DNA of 55,139 bases. Origin: Perkinsus olseni. Taxonomy: Eukaryota. The stretch's first letter is position 1, and every line of letters begins with the position of its first letter. Location: the NCBI GenBank assembly GCA_013115125.1, contig JABANN010000187.1:1-55139 (forward strand), read 5' to 3'. This document shows, piece by piece, positions 1 to 11,304 of this stretch. The notes under the pieces were generated by a model. The model did not search any database. It was not told the origin of the DNA and saw only the letters and a list, made by a program, of their open reading frames with translations. The position numbers and the translations under genes are program-made.

Positions 1-521
1 AGAAGAGAGATCGACGTTGGTAAGAGTCCCTTGCTATGGCAGCTTAGGCAGGGTGATCAAGAGTTCAGATTCCTTATGTCCCGAGAAGCCGCATTCACCC
101 CGGCATTCTGGGCATGGGGAAGGTTACACTCCTGGGCGAGTCACAAGCATGAGAGGCCCTAGGCGAAGCTCTCACACTGCATACCGTCAAACGAGATAGT
201 TTCCGTACCCGACAGCAACACTTGCTAGTTGTTTCATCGTAGTTGTCACATTTCGATACAGTACTGTTTCAACCAAAGTTTCTCCACAATCGTGGGTTCT
301 TCTGTTCAAGTGGAGAAACGATCTCCCGCAAAAGCTGCACTCACTTCTCACCGACAGAGGAACAAAACACGAAGTGGAAGTTTACGTAAAGAAACTATTC
401 CCATACTCGAACACACAAAGAAATAGAAGGCATCACATCATCTCTATCAGATTATAAGAAGAGAAATATTTTGTGACATACCGATGCTTGTCAAAAATGA
501 GACCTTATCACCATGAGAGTT

Positions 522-1274
522 CTAACGGAAGCCGAACCAGCTGAAGAAGCCACCTCCTGGCGCCGCGGTAGTGTTGGTCACATTAGAGGCACTCGCGGTC
601 GTCCAAGCCGGAGCGCCAGTACCGGCAGCAGCAGTGGGCACGTAGATATTAGCAACAGCGGGCTCAATCTTGACGGTCGAGTAGCCACTGACTGGAGGCA
701 TCGAGGGCTGACCTTGTCCCGGGCTTCCGCCAGGCATTGCCTTGGCGGGAGTAGTCCTGTTATACACAGGGAGGAGAGGCATGGTCGAGGGCTCGTTGGG
801 GACTGTCGGTTGGACCGGACCCATGGCGAAGTGACACTCGAAAGGCTCACCGGTACAGTTGGGGTCGGACTGATGGCACAGACTCCCGTCATACATCTTC
901 AGTATGCCGAAGCAAATAGGAGGGTCTTGCCACGATTTACAGTAAGAGCCCCACGCAGAGTCCTTGCACCCGACGAGACGGTCGCAAACGTCTTGGCAAG
1001 TCGTAAGTGGATAGTCGGTGCACTTCACAGGCTCGAGGGAAGCGTCATCGCAACCATCAGCACCACCGGGCTGATAGCAGAAGGCATTGCCTTTGTGGTA
1101 GAGGCCGAAGCACATGCCGTTGTTCTTGCAGTAGGACTGGTCACAGCCCATTGTCTGGTTGCACGCCATACTGCACGTGTCCATGCCACCGCTCTGCGAT
1201 GCCACGATGCCCGGACTCTGACCACCAAAGGCGACGGTTGAGACTAGCAGGGAACCGGCTAGGATCGAACGCAT
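522..1274 (-). CDS. Secreted Cys-rich protein with 2 SYCK modules and a Pro/Thr/Ala-rich tail (SYCK family member 1)
   Basis: Intronless ORF; likely ATG at 1274 (MRSILAGSLLVSTVAFG, signal peptide-like). Two Cys modules (CSMACNQTMGCDQSYCKNNGMCFGL; CQDVCDRLVGCKDSAWGSYCKSWQDPPICFGI) are shared with three other ORFs in the window. Confidence 0.85.
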   Translation of the reverse strand: MRSILAGSLLVSTVAFGGQSPGIVASQSGGMDTCSMACNQTMGCDQSYCKNNGMCFGLYHKGNAFCYQPGGADGCDDASLEPVKCTDYPLTTCQDVCDRLVGCKDSAWGSYCKSWQDPPICFGILKMYDGSLCHQSDPNCTGEPFECHFAMGPVQPTVPNEPSTMPLLPVYNRTTPAKAMPGGSPGQGQPSMPPVSGYSTVKIEPAVANIYVPTAAAGTGAPAWTTASASNVTNTTAAPGGGFFSWFGFR

Positions 1275-1657
1275 GAGAAACAAAATAACCTGAAGAAGTA
1301 TGACTTACCAAAACCACTCCCAAGTTTACTGATGTCAACTGACGAGTCGGCACATTCAGAAGTTCTCAACCTCCGCTCAGTTCTCACTGCACTGACGCTA
1401 TAGAAACGCTTGTGCGGTGGCATCACAAGAATGGAGCTCGACAACCTTGAAGCACTCAAGGGTGTCTGGGCCGTATCACAACCTGCGCTAGTGGCGTGTG
1501 TCCTTGATAAAAGGTCAAACATACGGAGAGTTTTGTCCCGTTTTGCCGAGTGTTACGGAAATACCCAAATTACACAACGTGCAACCCATCGTAGGAAGAC
1601 TTTCTCACTAAGAAGGCCTTCACTGGATGTACATGTCCGTGCAAAAATTGACACCAC

Positions 1658-1813
1658 TCAGCTGAAAGAGGAGCTAGACGGTTGTGTGGCGGGTAGTGTC
1701 CCTTTTGCGTTTGCACTCTGCGACGAGTCTCCACCCATCACGCCGTCAACCACACGAACTACAAGTGTCACTACTGCGACGACGAATACCAGTATAGTGC
1801 ATGTGAGCTTCAT
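1658..1813 (-). CDS. Putative 51-aa small secreted or membrane peptide
   Basis: Manual translation: MKLTCTILVFVVAVVTLVVRVVDGVMGGDSSQSANAKGTLPATQPSSSSFS*. It has an MK start, a hydrophobic core and a possible V-D-G cleavage site, and lies on the same strand as both flanking secreted genes. Below the ORF-track cutoff. Confidence 0.4.
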   Translation of the reverse strand: MKLTCTILVFVVAVVTLVVRVVDGVMGGDSSQSANAKGTLPATQPSSSSFS

Positions 1814-2118
1814 TTCACCTCTCACTCAATTTCCCAATAACATTCTCAGAGATACAGACCCAGAGTTACTATGAGCTCAACAGCACTTAGCGGGGAACTA
1901 ACGGCTACACACTAGATGTATTATTGGATATTGGGAGCACTACCGACTTTACAGATTGAAATTGAAAACGCACTTGAATATTGGACTCACTTGGTGTGAG
2001 GAATCGTGCTAATCAGAACAGCAAAATCTTTACAGATTGAATCAACAGAGGACAATGTCTCAGTTGCCTGATCCTGACTCCCAGCTCCAGGGACATGTTC
2101 CGCCGAACCACCAATGAT

Positions 2119-3468
2119 TTACACCATCGGAGTTACAGTCGTCTCCACTGGAGCCTCGGTGGTCTCAGCAGGGGCCTCAGTCGTCTTCATTGGAACCTCA
2201 GTCGTCTCCACTGGAGCCTCGGTGGTCTCAGCAGGGGCCTCAGTCGTCTCAGCAGGGGCCTCAGTCGTCTCAGCAGGGGCCTCAGTCGTCTCCATTGGGG
2301 CCTCGGTAGTCTCAGAAGGGGCCTGAGTCGTCTCCACTGGAGCCTCGGTGGTCTCAGCAGGGGCCTCAGTCGTCTCAGCAGGGGCCTCGGTAGTCACAGC
2401 AGGGGCCTCAGTCGTCTCCACTGGAGCCTCAGTCGTCTCAGCAGCGGCCTCAGTAGTCAAGGCAGGGGCTTCGGTAGTCTCAGTAGGGGCCTCGGCCTCG
2501 GAGCATCCAACAGGTCTACCATCACAGTCGTCGCCAGAAGAATAGCAGTAACCTCCCTCGACAGCTGTTATCCCGAAACATACAGATGGGGCGAGCCAGG
2601 TCTTGCAGTAGGAGCCGGATGCCGAGTCTCGGCATGGGCCATACTGATTGCAGATTTCCATGCATCCTTGCGAAACCTCAACAGGGATGTCATTGGCCTC
2701 AGCCGGAGCCTCAGTCGTCTCAGCCGGAGCCTCAGTCGTCTCAGCCGGAGCCTCAGTCGTCTCAGCCGGAGCCTCAGTCGTCTCAGCCGGAGCCTCAGTA
2801 GTCTCAGCCGGAGCCTCAGTAGTCTCAGCCGGAGCCTCAGTAGTCTCAGCCGGAGCCTCAGTAGTCTCGACAGGAGCCTCAGTAGTCTCGACAGGAGCCT
2901 CAGTAGTCTCGACAGGGGTCTCGGTGGTCTCGGACGCGGCTCCCGTTGTCTCGACGGGCATCATAGTAGTCTGCATGGCCGGAGCCTCAGTAGTGTCCTC
3001 CTCGTCGGGCAGCTCCGTGATCCCGTCAATGCTGTCCCCCTCAGCAACACCCTCATCAGAGCAAACATAGGGTTCACCATCACAGGTTTCGGCTTCGCCA
3101 CCATAGCAGATCGATCCGTCAGATTTCACTTTAATGCCGAAGCAAACCGGCGGGTCGGCCCAGGTCTTACAGTAGGACCCGGACTCCGATGACAAGCAGT
3201 CCTCGATCGAGTTGCAGGCATCAAAGCAATTCGAGGCCGGTCCGTAATGGCATGACACGGGAGTCAGGTAGGTGTCGTCGCAGTCTGAATCCACCCCATA
3301 AAAACACGTGGTCTCGCTCTTGTGGTAGAGGCCATGGCACAGACCACTGCTCTTACAATAGGATACGTCACAACCAGCTGTAGCTTCACAGACTACACCA
3401 CATCTGTCGTGACCAGAGACACCAGTCGCGTAGAGGGCAAGACCGGCAAGGATGAGATAGAGGGACAT
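2119..3468 (-). CDS. Secreted mucin-like protein with 3 SYCK modules and two ETTEAP(A/V) repeat tracts (SYCK member 2)
   Basis: ATG at 3468 (MSLYLILAGLALYATGVSG signal peptide). Modules ...DVSYCKSSGLCHG, ...GSYCKTWADPPVCFG and ...GSYCKTWLAPSVCFG; heptad Thr/Glu/Pro repeats. Confidence 0.88.
   Translation of the reverse strand: MSLYLILAGLALYATGVSGHDRCGVVCEATAGCDVSYCKSSGLCHGLYHKSETTCFYGVDSDCDDTYLTPVSCHYGPASNCFDACNSIEDCLSSESGSYCKTWADPPVCFGIKVKSDGSICYGGEAETCDGEPYVCSDEGVAEGDSIDGITELPDEEDTTEAPAMQTTMMPVETTGAASETTETPVETTEAPVETTEAPVETTEAPAETTEAPAETTEAPAETTEAPAETTEAPAETTEAPAETTEAPAETTEAPAEANDIPVEVSQGCMEICNQYGPCRDSASGSYCKTWLAPSVCFGITAVEGGYCYSSGDDCDGRPVGCSEAEAPTETTEAPALTTEAAAETTEAPVETTEAPAVTTEAPAETTEAPAETTEAPVETTQAPSETTEAPMETTEAPAETTEAPAETTEAPAETTEAPVETTEVPMKTTEAPAETTEAPVETTVTPMV
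2135..2495 (-). repeat. 21-bp coding tandem repeat (xETTEAP), C-terminal tract
   Basis: Repeated ggcctcagtcgtctcagcagg-type units. Confidence 0.9.
2695..2930 (-). repeat. 21-bp coding tandem repeat (AETTEAP/VETTEAP), central tract
   Basis: Repeated agccggagcctcagtcgtctc units. Confidence 0.9.
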
Positions 3469-3792
3469 TGACGAGGAACGCACAAGCTGAAAAGATGAAC
3501 GTTAGGGCCATCGCCGATGAGGAGAAGCGAACCGGCTCATAGCCGAGCAAGAAGCATAGCATAGCGGATGTTTGAGGGTACGAATATAGAGGAGCGTTTC
3601 AGATGTTCCACGGTAGATCTCGCCCGCCTCGGTACGCCACGAAACGTTTGAACTTACCCTGACATGAGATGCCCCAGCTGGTATGCAGCTATTCAAGACA
3701 GGAGGCCCCTCTCACTACCTCCTCACTCAAGAGGGAGCAAAAAAACTTGGGAAGCTCAGGTAAAATCGTTTCGCTATGAGAGTGGGAGGCTA

Positions 3793-6207
3793 TTAGTTTA
3801 CTTCCGTCACTTGGATGAAAACTCTAGGCCCGAGGTCACACAAACATGGATTGACAACGCAAGGGCTGCCAGACGTTAATTGACGAGGGGGTCATCCTTA
3901 AGTGATTGCGCTAAGCTATTCAACTCCCCGGATGATGAAAAACCTTCCGGGCGAACCGAGGCGAAGACTGCACCAGCGGGGTCTCGCCATACCAGGAATA
4001 CGGCATGGAACCTGACATGCAGAGTCGACCAACTAGGGGCCCCGCAGAAAACCCTTAGTGATCATCATCACTAGTGGTCCGCGACAGACCAGCGTATGAT
4101 ACGGCATGTTCATGCCTTACCCGATGCTAGGTGGATCTCCTTCAACGACCTCCGCAGTAAAAGTGCTGCCGTCCCTTTCAAGCACTATTTCTCTTCCGGA
4201 CACCGCACGGACAGCTGCCGCCACCAGGGACGTATCTAGGAGAAGGCGAGCTCGATTGACACCATCACGATCGCCGCTAACCTCCTTCGTTAACGGCTCC
4301 CTCATCTTCGGAACCTGTCATATCCCCCCCACAGTTCACATCGTCCAAGGCCTGCATGGGACCAGGATCTGCACTACAGCTGCTCAGCGTGATCGCGCTC
4401 TGCGGTGTGACGTCTATGATAGGTTGGACGTCATCGTGCATCGATTGGGTAACGGATACCACCGACCCTTCAGCAGCAGTCCGTGGTCTCTTCCGCATCG
4501 CTCCGCTCGGTCTCGCCGGTGATGGCGGCAGAACAGACGGGCCGGACTGCGGACGCTTCTTCGGAGGAGTCCGTACGTAGTTGTACAGCAGTCTGGCCCT
4601 GTCGGATTCGGTCACGGAAGGCTCCGCTGTGGCCTGTCCGACCTCCGACGACTCCGTGGTAGACCTAGGAGGGTCGACCAACCCGCTCGGTGGCACCTCC
4701 CCATCCCAATCGACAGTAACCGCACTTGCATCTGGCGCACTTCGGGAATCGACTCGCGTACCATGGCCAACCTCAGGAGGTATCGTGTTTCCGTCAGTAA
4801 GATGTACGGATCTCGGATGACTCGGCATATCAGTCACAGAGGGCGCAGTGGCATGCCTTGACGATTGGCTTTCGCGCGACCCGAGGCTCTGGCTGGGAAT
4901 CACGCCAGCAGCAGATGGGATCCGCTGAAGGGTCGAGCCGGTCACGTGGTTATGTTCCCCAAAAACAGGGAGAGAGGCCGCTCTCCTCAGTGGAGGCGCT
5001 GGTTGATTCATCTGTTGGGTTGAGTTGCTTGCTCGCACCAGCTTATCGTCACCAGGCCGGCTTCCAATCGCCACATTGCCGTTCAAATGCGAGCAGGCAT
5101 CCGTACTTCGACCCATCTCGGCGTCCGCCGACCGCATGCTGCTCTGATTGGCACGGGAGTGCGACCCTTCCCCAGTAAGGGCCGCCCGAGCAGCATTTGC
5201 CGGCATGGCCGTACTGGTAGGCGTACTGGATGCCTCGGAGTCCGTAGGAGAGAGCCGCAGAGGGTCGCCCCCCCGGACGATCTTTTCCGCAAGGCTCTGT
5301 CTGTGTCTGGCCTGGAGCTCCGGACAGGAGCCGCCCAGGAACTTCACGTGGCAGGGATAAAGGAGAACGCAGCTCGCACAAATATCGGGAGAGCCTACCG
5401 ACAAACGAAGAACGGTGATAATAGGATGGCCACTTGAGCTCACCTGAGATCATCAGCTTGGCACCCGGCAACATGCTCAGCTGCTGCGGTATGTCCACAA
5501 TAGGGACAACCTCGATGGCTGTTACTCTGCGGCAACCATCGGTTAATATCATCTTCAGTACTCGATTCTTAGACGCTCCAGTACCTGTGAGCAGCAGTCA
5601 AGGAGAAAGAGAGTGACACCACAGGACGCAAAACGTAACGAAAGGGTGGCCCTAATGCCCCTTCCCTAACTGTCACTAGCCTGGCCCACCACGGCATCCT
5701 CTGTGTCATCAGCGAACGGATCGGAGGGAGTAGCAGCAGTTAACTGGTGGAACTTAACCGGCTTGGATACATCCACGAAATCCTCGATCATTACAAGGTG
5801 CTTCCCTGGAAGAACCTGCGGTGGCCGTACTGCCTCGCGTACTGATGCGTCGAAGCATACGATCGACTAACTCCTTGAAACCAGGTCGAAAAGAGGCCAC
5901 TGGAATATCGCAGTCCTGCAGCAGCATACAAATTATCAGCAATAGTAAATATGTGCTCATTAGAGATTTATTACGAAGAAAGACCTACTACCCCTTGGGG
6001 TCCAATCTCGGGCAGCGAGCCCGCCATCACACAACGGCCCATATGGCTATTCATCAGAGATTCGAAGCCAGCAGCGCTCTGATCAGGGCTCAACAGGTTA
6101 ACAACGGAAAAGTAGCATAAACTCACATCATCATCATCATCACCAACACGAGCCACCCATTCAGGCCTCGCTGTCAAGCCTAGTTCAGCAAGCTTCGACG
6201 TGAGCAT
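3793..6207 (-). CDS. RMI1: RMI1-like (RecQ-mediated genome instability 1 / TDRD3-type OB-fold) protein, multi-exon; 3' end uncertain
   Basis: Spliced reading: MLTSKLAELGLTARPEWVARV / FESLMNSHMGRCVMAGSLPEIG / VLPGKHLVMIEDFVDVSKP / KNRVLKMILTDGCRRVTAIEVVPIVDIPQQLSMLPGAKLMISG / SPDICASCVLLYPCHVKFLGG. This matches the RMI1 N-terminal OB-fold pattern (LxLTDG..AIE..PI..PGxKL..G..LL.P..V..LGG) and is followed by a long disordered exon (4277-5386). Confidence 0.72.
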
Positions 6208-6491
6208 GAACCAAGCACAAAGTAATAAAACTGAGAGGATACTCGAGCGTGGCGGGGAACAACGTATTCTAACATGATTCCATCCGCCGAATCAAAGACA
6301 CTGATGACGATACGTTGCTCGTAGGCAAAGAAGAGTGTAAGCGGGAGGCAACGACGCTATACCACAGGATAGCTGTAACGTTCGTACCCACATCGCGATG
6401 GACGGTACTGGAACGAGTGAACCCAGGATACAGTCATGAGCACTCGGCTCTCATAATGACAAGCAGTAGATTCTCGTGTATATAAATTCAG

Positions 6492-7139
6492 CCGGATCTT
6501 TTCGGATCTTTGGCGACCTTCAACCTCGGAACCCTTTCTCCCACTTTCGGGAACCTGACGGTTGGCCAGTTGGGCACTTATCACTCCGCCGATCTCGCCT
6601 TTGTATTCAAAGAGTTCGGTGAGGATCCGGCTAACTTCTCCCAACCTGGCCTGTCCTTGTTGTCATCGGACACGTTCATGGCCCACCCTCCTCGAGAACG
6701 TGGCGACACCTTCCACCATGTCAGCGACGCCATCTCGTGTATGTGGGGCCATATGGCCGCCCATGGAACCCCAGCAGGCTTGCGACAATACTGCCCAGGG
6801 TTACCGAATGGATCTATCCCTCCCTGGTTGCCATTCAACTCTCGCCTCGATCGCTCCCCGGCCCAAGGAACTTACATGCACATTGGCAATGTGCTCAGCA
6901 TGCAGTCATGGAGACTCAACAACCTCTACCCCGATAATGAGATGCCGTCGATTGAACTATGTCAGTGGTGGGACGAACACCCGTTCGGGTTCCACGATCT
7001 GCGCGCCGACATTCAGACAACTACCACAACACTTCCAGTCGGTCCTTCCCAGCCTACATCCTCTGCCCAGCGCCAGGCTTGCTACGGAGTTTTCGAGCTC
7101 CTGGTAGTATCATTTGTAATTTTCTCATGTCTGTCGTGA
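6492..7139 (+). pseudogene. Orphan 3' exon of a type-B carboxylesterase/cholinesterase-like protein with a C-terminal hydrophobic anchor
   Basis: GTYHSADLAFVF (catalytic His motif) and MWGHMAAHGTP...W.PF. It begins at an acceptor (attcag|ccg at 6491/6492) preceded by an in-frame stop. No N-terminal exons (GxSxG) fit in the ~285 bp before the divergent RMI1-like start. Confidence 0.65.
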
Positions 7140-7141
7140 GA

Positions 7142-8219
7142 GGCCGGCAAGAGGTTTGCCCGTTGTAGCCGGATGGCCCAAAGCTCGGCATTGCTGGTCG
7201 CCAAACCGGCCAAACGAGCCAGGTTGGCCCTTGCCGAGCCAGTGAGCCCTACTTTCTTATCCGTCGGCTATACTGGCTATGCTATTTTCATTCTGGCAAG
7301 TTATCGGTTTTGTTCTGAACAGTAATAGGTAAAACGGTCGTTGAAGTGCTGCCCCCTGCAGACCATCTAGAGTTTAGGTGGAAATCTTCGAGACATCGGA
7401 GATTTGGAAATTTTCTCGAAAATCGGGAAACGGAAATCTGGGGAAACCAATATATCGCGAACCCATATATCGTCGATATATATGGTGCAACGGCGCTCAG
7501 GGCCTGATGCCGAGCGCCCCTAGTGATCACAACGCAACTAATCAATAGGAGGAGCGGCTCTGCTGGCCCAGCGACACTAAAAGAACATCCACCATTGGTC
7601 CGTTGCCAACGGACCGTTGGTCTTGAGCTACCGGATATCGGCCCTCTGGAGATCCTCAAAGACCTCTCGATATAGAATCACGATCGTCGAACGGCAACCT
7701 GCTGCACACTCTTCGACGTACACCGTATGTTGGCTCTCCATTCACATGTTGTCTGTGAGCCACACAGCAGAAGCATCCCCTCAATCGGAGCTACCGACCA
7801 AGCAACAGTATCCAACAACGGAGTGCATGACATGCAGTGCATGTGGCCCGGGAGAAACCACGACGTCAGGATCTTCACCAAGAGTCGCTATCCCGACACC
7901 TTGAAGACATACTCCATTATGCAATGATGGGGGACTCTGCCTTACCCTGTGGCCCAGTCTGTCTTACCCGTTACCGTCATGGTTGCATAAAGGACCTGTC
8001 TGGCAGGCAGCATCTGCCACGCAATAACGATACCAGAGACGCTTGTGTTCAGCAGGAACAGTGACCACCCTGACGTAACATAAGCGCTCCCCGGCGAAAC
8101 CTCCGTCTCTATTGCTGCACAAATCTGTTTTGTGTCGGCCTGCAGAGCAGGCCTCTTGCAAAGCCCAGGTCAGCTGGGCAGCTGGGTGAGCTGCGGCTGA
8201 CGGGCAACCCTTGCCGGCT
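7142..8219 (+). mobile_element. Degenerate, internally deleted PIF/Harbinger DNA transposon
   Basis: Frameshifted DDE remnant at ~7715-8060: HSHVVCEPH...MWPGRNHDVRIFTKS / MMGDSALPCGPVCLTRYR (compare Harbinger WPGSxHDARIF..S, LLGDSGYP...LTPYR). Imperfect terminal inverted repeats: ggccggcaagaggtttgcccgttgtagccg at 7142 versus cggctgacgggcaacccttgccggct ending at 8219. Confidence 0.6.
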
Positions 8220-8633
8220 TGCTCGTAGTCGCCGTTGACTAGGTAGTGGATCCGGGCCGCCGGAACATCACGTAGTAGAGAAAAACAGCCGACGTCACGT
8301 CGTGGTGCGGGATGCTCATGCGAGGAAGTCTGCGTTTAAGATGAGTCCACTGTACAGCCTGATGGCACCACCTTCGCGCCATTCGAACGCGTCTCTGACC
8401 GTGTTTCCTCTGCGCGCCATAACCTCATCCCGAGATGCTACGCCGACGTGACGCTCGCGAGGAAAATGGTTCATTCTGGACGAAGGATAACAGAATACTG
8501 TATATTATTAGCTCTGTCCTGTCACGAATGAGAACAATATTATTTTCACTCTCCCGTCCTCATCGGTCGTCCCCCTCTGCAGCGAAGCTCGCAGATTGAA
8601 CGACCTTTATTAGTGATAAGTTATTACCTGGAT

Positions 8634-8779
8634 CCTCCACTTGTGGCCTCCACTTGTGGCCTCCACTTGTGGCCTTGTGACTCACAAGGCGTTTTCAGCA
8701 CCTCAGCAACATCTCGCCTTCATTTGTCAGCCTTCCCTCCTTTATTTGTCAGCCTTCCCTCCTTTATTTGTCAGCCTTC
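8634..8779. repeat. Two short tandem arrays: 13-bp unit x3 (cctccacttgtgg) and 22-bp unit x~2.6 (atttgtcagccttccctccttt)
   Basis: Directly visible at 8634-8675 and 8722-8779. Confidence 0.85.
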
Positions 8780-9077
8780 TCCTATGCGCCGTAGAGCCCC
8801 CCTAGCCGTCATACTCTTCGATCAAGCTCTCGGCCAATTCGCCGCGCTTCCTACGGAGTATTTTCAATTCTCTTCATCCACCACCAGCCACCACTGGTGG
8901 CCCACCAGGGAGGCAGGGATGGTAAGATCAGTAACCACTCTCAACTCAAAAAAGCCACAACTCTTTCCAGTAACCTATGATATGAGCTGCCGAAGCTGCA
9001 TTGCAATAGAATCGGCAGACTTGAAAGAGGCCAAAAAATATTTGGTGTTTCATCGGCACTAACAAGGCCAGTCACAA

Positions 9078-10799
9078 TCACTCAGGGTCTTCGAGGTGAC
9101 GGAGGGACTGCAAGTCAGGATAGCGAACGCGGAAGCCGCCAAGCATACGCTCGGGCAACTCATCCTGAACAGTGACAGAAGACCTCTCGTCAGGCAATGC
9201 GACTGTTAGAATCCCAGAAATCACACGCAGGCGCAATCTAACTCCTTCCGGAAGAGCATTGGTTATCATTAACCCTCACGTACGTCAGACTGTCCCTCAA
9301 TAACGAAACCGATATCAATGACGAGTCTCTTCGCCGCATCCGTGACCTGGAAGATCCGTAGGACAAGTCGACTAGTGTTCCCCTCTACTCACCAGTGATA
9401 CGATATGGCGTGCCACAGCGCTTGAGTAGACGTCAATCGAAGCCTCCATGTAGCGATAACCGTTATGATATTCGGTATCGATTTTAGTACCGATAATAGC
9501 CGGTGTCTCCCCAATCGCCTACACGGTAACCGATCAATCAACGTTCGCGGAGGTTCAGACAGGTGAGCGAGGCATAGCAAGTGAACAAGTCAGATCACCG
9601 ACAGCTCCAACCCTCGAGGCCTTCCAACGGGCTCGAGAAGTGCTCATTGCGTTCAGCACAGCAGCCTCCCTCCTCACAGAGGTTTTATCGAGATCAGTAA
9701 GCCTCGCCACCGACCAAACTGATTCGAGTAGTCGCCTAGTCCAGCGACCTTCGTGGTCCATGCACAACGCGTGTACCGTCATAGACGCCCAGAACCATCT
9801 CTACTTACTCGTTTCACAAACCAAGGACCCTCGACCACGCGAGGAATCACCTTCAATCGCTTGTTACGCTCATCGGTCTCCATCGCAATGAACCGATGGA
9901 AGAGTCTCGCGAAGGGCTGAGAAGGAGCGAATCTTAGGTCGACCACGGGCAAAGACAGAAAGGTCACTTTATCGGAGGTGAATATCTCGCTGCTGAGATC
10001 CACTGCAAAAGTGAGGACAAACTGGACCGGCGTCATCCGCCAGTTGACAACGAATAGAAACCTGAAGCTTTCAACTATCAAGAAGGCGTTGAAGATACTG
10101 TAAGAGCAAAAGAACAGACAAACGGTTTCTGACTTTCTTTCATTTTCTTTCCAAATCTTGTTGGCCTCGCAACGAGGGTCCTGCACAGCCGAATAAACGC
10201 CGGTTGAGGTCTGGAACGCGTCGAAAGAAACTGAAACGGCAACCTCTTATGAAGAGCCTCCTCCAGGGGAAACGAAATCTCGAAGGCCGCGTACTTACCG
10301 AGGGTCATCAACGCGGGCAGACTCGGGAACTTCTGCTGATCATACTGATAGAGATCACCGCGAACATTCACCGTAGTGCAGTCTAGCCTGTCCCTGAAGA
10401 GCCAAAAACGGTGGAGGTGATAACCAGACGAGTGACCTTTTCGCCAACGACAGTGATCGACCTTGGATTCTTTTTCAACTCGTGTTCATACCATACTCGT
10501 CAATCCGATCGCTAGATAGAACCCGCGGAACCGTCAACAGAAAATGGTATACTGCTAGGATCGAACCCACGACCTACCATGTGTTGGCAGATTCCTCATC
10601 ATTGCTCCACTGTAGACCATGCTGGAGCCCGTCCTGCACGTCCGTGTCTCCTGTCATAGTGGAAGCCGCAGACCCTACCACCAAATCCCATCCACCGATG
10701 GCCCAACCAACTCTACTCACCGTAATAGTGCTGCTGAAATTGAAGCTCTCTCTTATCCACATCATCATCATCTTCTTCGTCAGCGGCTCTTGCCTCCAT
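9078..10799 (-). CDS. DUF1336 / EDR2 C-terminal-like domain protein, copy 1 (multi-exon; start uncertain, may extend to ~10963)
   Basis: Exons VRGDLYQYDQQKFPS, RNKRLKVIPRVVEGPWFVKR, AIGETPAIIGTKIDTEYHNGYRYMEASIDVYSSAVARHI, VTDAAKRLVIDIGFVIEGQSD and DELPERMLGGFRVRYPDL are characteristic DUF1336 motifs. Confidence 0.8.
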
Positions 10800-11304
10800 C
10801 GCGGGTCCCAGCACCGTCACCAATGTTTAACAAAGACTGCTACGACAAACAACACGCCTGAAAAACTACCGACCACACCGGTATGAGTCGGACTCTCATT
10901 CATTGAAGGACCTCCTAGCAGAGCACTGATAACAACAAGAACAACAGGAGCAGTATCAAGCATACTCAAATGAAGCCCGACGACCTGGCCAATGAAAGAC
11001 TTGTGCGCAAGATTCACGCTGAAAGCCGCCATCTTCATGGGAGCGATCGAAACCACCGTAGTTGACGATTTCACCCAAACAAAGCGGATCACATGGAAGA
11101 GGCTTTGGTTTAACGCAAGCAACGGCCAAGTGAGAGACTGAAGCTGCAATTTCGTGGCGCGTGACGATACGCCGCAGACTTGGTAAGAGAATATAAACAT
11201 GGATTCACCGGCAGAAATATTACAAGCGAAAAATTTACCGGCAGGAGGAATCCTAGGGTTGACCGTATGAGATACGAAAAAGGTCAAGTAATGATCGGAT
11301 TTAT

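Noticed and set aside
2135-2930. CRISPR-like periodic repeats
   Set aside because: In-frame 21-bp coding repeats with no spacers, no cas genes and a eukaryotic context.
513-3192. Long plus-strand ORFs (513-1241, 2095-3192, 2648-3070) and minus ORF 47616-48047
   Set aside because: Antisense shadows of the repeat-rich SYCK genes.
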